Shown here one piece after another: positions 58,661-64,000 of a stretch of DNA of 64,000 nucleotides. Each line of letters begins with the position of its first letter. Within the stretch, counting starts at the first letter, position 1. The translations under genes and the position numbers were made by a program. Location of the stretch: IMG/VR virus record IMGVR_UViG_3300023174_000063; one strand, 5' to 3'. Origin of the DNA: a virus. The notes under the pieces are model-generated. The model worked only from the letters and a program-made list of their open reading frames with translations. It was not told the DNA's origin and ran no database searches.

Positions 58661-58864
58661 ATGAATAATTTTGAAGATTTTGACATGCTGTTTGAGGCTC
58701 TGACACAGGACTGGGAGACTGATGTCAAGGATAAATGCAAAGCTGAGTATGAAGAAATTAAAAAAGAAAGTCTTAATTTTATTGAATATTTTAATAAAAT
58801 CTTAAGTGACAAGTCTCTTGCAGAGCAAATTGAGAATGAATTAGACAAGAGGTTAAGATCTTGA
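58661..58864 (+). CDS. Small acidic hypothetical protein
   Basis: GGAG RBS; overlaps the next start. Confidence 0.5.
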   Translation: MNNFEDFDMLFEALTQDWETDVKDKCKAEYEEIKKESLNFIEYFNKILSDKSLAEQIENELDKRLRS

Positions 58865-61800
58865 CAAAAAAAACACATGATACTAAGGCGACGCTCTCTA
58901 ATAATTTAGAGCCGGAGCAGATTTATCAGACAGGCTACTATAGTCAGTCGAATAGAAGAGGATCGTCTGAAGAACCTCCGGCGCCCGTAAGACCTGACAA
59001 TAACGAAGACATTAGCAGAGACGCTTTAGAGACAACTGCTGATTACACGAGTCGCTTAACGACTGGCGAAATCGGCGATCAGCAGCAGCGTCGTCTTAGA
59101 AAAGGAAATGTGTTTGCTGTCGATAGTGATTTAAATTATTTGCACTCTAGACAGGGTTTGACTAGCGGCGAATCCAATGATAATGCGAACACTGAGATTA
59201 TTAGAGACGGTAGAACTCTTGGAACATTTTTAGATGCTTCACGTCAAGCTAATAGTGAACAGGCCAATAGATTTGACACTACAAGCTTATCGAGCTATGG
59301 AAGGCCAGAGTCAACAGATAACCCATTTTTTAAAGAACGTCCTGTTATAGATAAAACTAAATCAAAGGATGGTCACGTTCTACTGACCAATATTAAAGAA
59401 GAAAAGAAAAATTCTAGAACAGGTGCACCAGCAGTCTATACAGATGGCGACAATAGATCGCTCCCAGAAACTCAAAAAAGAATTTCATCTGTGTTAGAAA
59501 ACAATAGATTTAACCCTTCAGATAAAACTCCTTTTATGAGAGATAATTCTAGAATTGTCGACGATCAAGGGCGCAAGAGATTCGGCACAACAAAACAGGG
59601 AGAAATGGGTGTTTATAATAAAAATTCTGATTTTGTCTTAGAGGAGGAACTCAAAAAAGTCGGAACTCAGCTTGTTAACGTTGCATCAGGTCAGGCCGAT
59701 CTAAATGATGGTAAAACTACTCGTGATGGTAATGTTAATATTGCAGAAATTTTTAGTGCACAGAGACTTACGGGCTGGCAGTCAATTGATGCCTCGGACA
59801 TGCGTGCCTTTAGTACACCCGCAGGTGGCGAGATAGTCGCTCCTACGTCGGGCGAAAAAAGCAGTCTTTTACAAGAAGAGGGTTCTGAGGGAAATCCGGA
59901 TGCTAAAAAGTCTTATGGTGTCCTCAACAATTCATACGAGCAATTCTCTAGCCCAGCTCCCGTTTCAATGATTGTGAATACGCTAGTTGGAATGTTGACG
60001 CTTTTTGCAACTGCCGTGCTAATTAGAACCCTAATGTCAGCTTTTGCCAGATCAGAAAATGAGGGAATTATTCCTGGAGCTGAACATCCAAAGAATATGG
60101 TTCCAGGTAGGCACAGCCTCTATAAAAACTTATTGAGTTCAAAAATGCGCAAGCTCTTTAACGTTCCAGACCTGGAACATGATTTTGATTCTTGCGTGGT
60201 TGCCGGCATTCTCTCGTTCTACGGGCTCGAGGGATTTGCACAATTTTTGCCCGATTCACTAATTAAAAAGCCCAGCATTAAGGATATTGCAGAAGCGGCA
60301 AAAAATCCTGGAGCGATTACGGGATTAAATGTCTTGGATAAATTTAGTTCATTAGCAAATTCTGCCGGCTATTATTCAATTATCACTAGAGCGGCGTCTC
60401 GAGATTCTAGACAAATTTTAGACGCATTTAAAGCCTCTTCGGGCAGCTCAATTATCGGTGCTGTTTCTACACCACTTAGAATTTTTGATGCAATTTTAGA
60501 GTCTACAACATATAAGTTTTTAATGACAATTGCCGTAGTCGGCGACAAACTATTTTCAAGCATGCAGGGTCACCCCACTATTGGTGGTAATGTTGGACCA
60601 AGAGCAGATTCACCTCTAGCAAGAGTGTCATCAAATAGAAATTTATCTGGAGAGTTGACATGGAGAAATTCTTCTGTTAATTCAATGTATCTCTTGCCCG
60701 AAGTTTTCACACAGGCAAATCTTAAAGTAAGGAAGAACAGTGAAATTATTGCTGATAAAATTTTTAAGTCAGCCGGCGCAGTCGATCAGGCCTTAGAATT
60801 CGACATAAACGAGACGAAAGGATCCAATACCAAGAATACAGGACGCTTCAGCAAAGACGTTGTAGAGGCAATTGAAAATAGGCTTGATGCCGAATATGTC
60901 CCCTTTTATTTTCATGATATCAGAACTAATGAAATTATCGCTTTTCATGCATTTTTAACAACGTTGGATGATTCGTACTCGGCAGATTATGCGTCAACCC
61001 CTGCATATGGTCGAGGAGATGAAATAAAGACCTACAGCAAGACAACTAGAGCAATATCGTTAAAATTTTATATTGCTGCAACCAATCCAGACGACATGAA
61101 TGAGATGTATTGGAAGCTTAATAAATTGGTTTCGTTGGTATACCCGCAGTGGTCTAGAGGTAGATCTGTTGTCAACGGAGAAGGAATTAATGCCGAAAAA
61201 TTTATTCAACCATTCTCTCAAATTCCTACGGCGTCACCTCTTGTGCGAATTAGGCTGGGAGATGTTTTGACTTCTAACTATTCTAGATTCGGTCTCATGA
61301 GACTCTTTGGTTTGGGTGATAACAAAAATGTTTTTACACTAGATTTAGATGAGTCTAAGAGCTCCATCGTAGAGGATCCACGCAAAGAGCAATATGAAAA
61401 AGACCTCAAAGAAGCAGAAAGAAAGCAATATTTGGCGCTGGCGCTGAGAGAAGTTAATCCAGGTGCTGACGATGCCTCTCAGCGCACCACATTCACCAAT
61501 GCTTATGCTTTATATGGCGCTGAAGATGCACAGGGTGCTGTAAATTCTGTCGACTTTGGAGACAACTCAATTTTTGGATATCAGCCAGGCGATAAAATTT
61601 TAATACATCCTACACACGGAGATGGCGCGAAAGGTTATTGGCCTAGAAATGCTGAAGGAAAGTTGGCAAAACAGATCAGCGGATACAAAACTACTAACAG
61701 CGTTACAACCCAGACTATCGAATTTGCCACAGGAAGATCAGGAACACGAGGGCGAAATATTTATAAAACTGAAACAAAGGCTGTAGCAACTCCTGCAAAT

Positions 61801-62676
61801 AAGCTAATTGCGTATTCCACTTCTGATGTTAGAGTAGAGGTGATTAAAAGAATACCTGACGGTGTTTCTCCTCTTGTGCAAAATGAAAAAAACTTTTCAA
61901 AGCATGTAGATAAAGTAGATGGCAATCCTGCTATCGCTTGGTTTGATGAAGCAACTGCCGATTTTATGTCACAGCATAACGGTGACCCAAATCACTTTGG
62001 CACAATGGCATATCTCGTCAAGGTGCACCCTGGATCAGACGCGGATATTCAATGTGACAAGAGAAAGATTCCAACTGACATGAGATACCATCGAGTCTTG
62101 CATGATCAAATTTGTGGCATGTGGGATACTACGAATCTTGTGGGGTGGCCAGAGCCTATAGAGCCCGACCAAACAATTTGGTCAAATAGAGAGCACAGTT
62201 ATGATAAATTGCAGCAATTTTTTGACCCTAAAAACAACTTTATTGTAAGATCATTTGAAAGCACTGCAGGACGTGGCCTTGCCGGCTTTATTACTACACT
62301 TGGCATTGATTGGAAATTGAACGAAGCGACTTGGGATATTGATTTTGGAATGATTGCACCAAAATATGTCGAAGTAAATATTGGTTTCTCGCCAATTCAC
62401 GACATTCCTCTGGGTTTGGATCACTCTGGCATGATGAGATCTTTACCGTATAAAGTGGGTGGTACATCAAGACTCGTTGGCGGAGATCCACATAATTCTT
62501 CTGCAGAAGAAAGACGTGCGTCTTTCGAGGCTCTAGAGGACATAGTGAGCGATCAGGAAAAAAAGTTTGTCGAGAACGTGGAAAAGGCGAAGAAAGATGT
62601 GGATAAAATTGAAAAAACTGTTAATACTGCCAAAAATTCTGCAGTTGACATAAAGAAATTTGGAGGAATTCTATGA
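58861..62676 (+). CDS. Large baseplate / tail-tube-initiator-like protein
   Basis: FHAFLTTLDDSYSADY....YGRGDEIKTYSKTTRAISLKF, LVYPQW, PLVRIRLGD, GFITTLGIDW and PKYVEVNIGFSPIH are tube-initiator-type motifs; follows the tape measure gene. Confidence 0.65.
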   Translation: MTKKTHDTKATLSNNLEPEQIYQTGYYSQSNRRGSSEEPPAPVRPDNNEDISRDALETTADYTSRLTTGEIGDQQQRRLRKGNVFAVDSDLNYLHSRQGLTSGESNDNANTEIIRDGRTLGTFLDASRQANSEQANRFDTTSLSSYGRPESTDNPFFKERPVIDKTKSKDGHVLLTNIKEEKKNSRTGAPAVYTDGDNRSLPETQKRISSVLENNRFNPSDKTPFMRDNSRIVDDQGRKRFGTTKQGEMGVYNKNSDFVLEEELKKVGTQLVNVASGQADLNDGKTTRDGNVNIAEIFSAQRLTGWQSIDASDMRAFSTPAGGEIVAPTSGEKSSLLQEEGSEGNPDAKKSYGVLNNSYEQFSSPAPVSMIVNTLVGMLTLFATAVLIRTLMSAFARSENEGIIPGAEHPKNMVPGRHSLYKNLLSSKMRKLFNVPDLEHDFDSCVVAGILSFYGLEGFAQFLPDSLIKKPSIKDIAEAAKNPGAITGLNVLDKFSSLANSAGYYSIITRAASRDSRQILDAFKASSGSSIIGAVSTPLRIFDAILESTTYKFLMTIAVVGDKLFSSMQGHPTIGGNVGPRADSPLARVSSNRNLSGELTWRNSSVNSMYLLPEVFTQANLKVRKNSEIIADKIFKSAGAVDQALEFDINETKGSNTKNTGRFSKDVVEAIENRLDAEYVPFYFHDIRTNEIIAFHAFLTTLDDSYSADYASTPAYGRGDEIKTYSKTTRAISLKFYIAATNPDDMNEMYWKLNKLVSLVYPQWSRGRSVVNGEGINAEKFIQPFSQIPTASPLVRIRLGDVLTSNYSRFGLMRLFGLGDNKNVFTLDLDESKSSIVEDPRKEQYEKDLKEAERKQYLALALREVNPGADDASQRTTFTNAYALYGAEDAQGAVNSVDFGDNSIFGYQPGDKILIHPTHGDGAKGYWPRNAEGKLAKQISGYKTTNSVTTQTIEFATGRSGTRGRNIYKTETKAVATPANKLIAYSTSDVRVEVIKRIPDGVSPLVQNEKNFSKHVDKVDGNPAIAWFDEATADFMSQHNGDPNHFGTMAYLVKVHPGSDADIQCDKRKIPTDMRYHRVLHDQICGMWDTTNLVGWPEPIEPDQTIWSNREHSYDKLQQFFDPKNNFIVRSFESTAGRGLAGFITTLGIDWKLNEATWDIDFGMIAPKYVEVNIGFSPIHDIPLGLDHSGMMRSLPYKVGGTSRLVGGDPHNSSAEERRASFEALEDIVSDQEKKFVENVEKAKKDVDKIEKTVNTAKNSAVDIKKFGGIL

Positions 62677-62969
62677 GTGTTTCTAGATATAGAAGATCTT
62701 CTAGGATTAAAGCGGGAACCCAGCTGAGTACATCTAATATTAGTGCGCTAATTTACTCTAATGTCAGAGAGGGAAATATTACGACATTTAATTACGTCCT
62801 CAAAGAAGGAGAAAGACTCGATCAACTAGCTGGAAGATATTTGGGGAATGGTGATCTTTGGTGGGTTATTGCTGCTGCAAGTGGAATCGGGTGGATGTTG
62901 CAGGCAGCTCCAGGAACTAGAATTAAAATACCCGACAATGTCGGACAAATTATGTCGTATGTGAGTTAA
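62673..62969 (+). CDS. LysM-like baseplate wedge protein (gp53/gpX-like)
   Basis: YVLKEGERLDQLAGRYLGNGDLWWVIAAAS..GTRIKIP. Confidence 0.85.
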   Translation: MSVSRYRRSSRIKAGTQLSTSNISALIYSNVREGNITTFNYVLKEGERLDQLAGRYLGNGDLWWVIAAASGIGWMLQAAPGTRIKIPDNVGQIMSYVS

Positions 62970-62971
62970 AA

Positions 62972-64000
62972 ATGTCAAATGTTACAGTTCGACCTGAGTT
63001 AGACGAAATAATTAATAGACTTGGTAGATATTTTGGATCCATCTCTAAGAGTGCATTCTTAAATTACGCCGCTAAAAAAAGAGAAAAAGATGGCAAAATT
63101 GAACCCTTGAGCGGAATTGAGACGGCTATTACAACGCTAGGTGATGTCATTCTTGATATGCAAGAAGGCGGCAAGATGACAAAAGACATTATTCAACAAG
63201 TAAATGAGAAACTAAATAGAACTTCCCCAGAAGATTCTGAAAATAGTCTAGACACTACAATGCCATCTGTTCTTAGAATTACATATGAACCGATTCCTGA
63301 CGCCGCCGCATGCAATATCGTTCATGGGCATACGGCCGGAGCGAAATTAAAAGATCAAGGTTCTTTTGCAGGCTCTACAGACAGTAATATTTTTTCAATT
63401 AGAAAAGTTTTAGGAAAGCTAGACGAATCAAATTTTATTAACATCAATCCAGAAGCACCTGACAAAGATACATCTCCTGGGCTCTCTGTTATTCAAATGA
63501 TACCTCCGGCACTAACACCGGCAAATAGAGACACCGGTGCAATTTCTTTATTAATGAATACGATTCCGACTCTAGAGATGAGTCGAGCCGTCCCATATAT
63601 TGACATTGTAGCTATTTCTAGAACACCGTCGCTTACAGAAGCGTCTAATGGTGCTGGTAGAATTGCCCAAATGTCTCTTGGGCAATTTTTATTAGGAAAT
63701 GATAATGTTACCGGTGTTTCAAAAGTTATAGCAGGAGCGCTAGATCAATCTGTAGTCAAGGACCCGCCGCCACCGCTAGATAATAATGATGGAACTTCTT
63801 CTAGAGCATCAACAGTAAAAGATTTTGGTACTGCAGGAATGGAGCTTTTTACGAGCCCACAGACTCTTGTGAATGCAGATGAAATGCACAATGAATTTGA
63901 CTCAATTGAGAACAGTAATTTTAATACTCTCACCGGCGAAAAAGAGACTGAAACTCTTCATCCGGGCGGGAAAAGGGCAGCACCAGTAATCGACCGCTTC
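62972..64000 (+). CDS. Probable baseplate hub protein, 3'-truncated by the window
   Basis: ATG 62972 (MSNVTVRPELDEII...) reads open to the window end; function inferred from position after the LysM gene only. Confidence 0.5.
   Translation, partial: MSNVTVRPELDEIINRLGRYFGSISKSAFLNYAAKKREKDGKIEPLSGIETAITTLGDVILDMQEGGKMTKDIIQQVNEKLNRTSPEDSENSLDTTMPSVLRITYEPIPDAAACNIVHGHTAGAKLKDQGSFAGSTDSNIFSIRKVLGKLDESNFININPEAPDKDTSPGLSVIQMIPPALTPANRDTGAISLLMNTIPTLEMSRAVPYIDIVAISRTPSLTEASNGAGRIAQMSLGQFLLGNDNVTGVSKVIAGALDQSVVKDPPPPLDNNDGTSSRASTVKDFGTAGMELFTSPQTLVNADEMHNEFDSIENSNFNTLTGEKETETLHPGGKRAAPVIDRF

Noticed and set aside
43023-62969. Bacterial extracellular contractile injection system or tailocin (because of two sheaths)
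   Set aside because: Terminase, portal, protease and capsid genes are in the same cluster, so this is a complete phage.
1-64000. Stop-codon reassignment, as seen in some jumbo phages
   Set aside because: Genes are full length and tightly packed in code 11; TAG (11887) and TGA (3985, 13780, 25623) act as real stops.
1-64000. CRISPR array, tRNA, rRNA, integrase, reverse transcriptase/DGR, intein
   Set aside because: No spaced direct repeats, cloverleaf or diagnostic motifs were seen by eye. A tRNAscan/Infernal run would be needed to exclude RNAs fully.

Overview
The window is a single, almost entirely + strand morphogenesis region of a large T4-superfamily-like (jumbo-type) myophage read in the standard genetic code. 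In order it holds: a baseplate/fibre module (1-18.6 kb); a RuvC, primase and fused Mre11-Rad50 block; large terminase, portal, prohead protease, scaffold and major capsid protein; small head-region genes including an HNH nuclease and a DEDDh exonuclease; neck and tail-completion genes; two tail-sheath paralogs; one antisense homing-endonuclease-like gene; tail tube, tail assembly chaperone, tape measure and baseplate genes. Product calls come from recognising motifs by eye plus gene order; no database search was run. The most notable observations are: (1) a shared helical leader plus (L/I/M)-x-E motif on several head-region proteins and on an intact DEDDh exonuclease, suggesting a capsid-loading system; (2) a ~95-aa domain found in three different tail proteins with residual DNA identity; (3) a probable +1/-2 frameshift in the tail chaperone; (4) an ATA(C/T)TTA late-promoter motif that also marks a nested scaffold gene, a structured 5' leader with an anti-RBS, and a possible small RNA.
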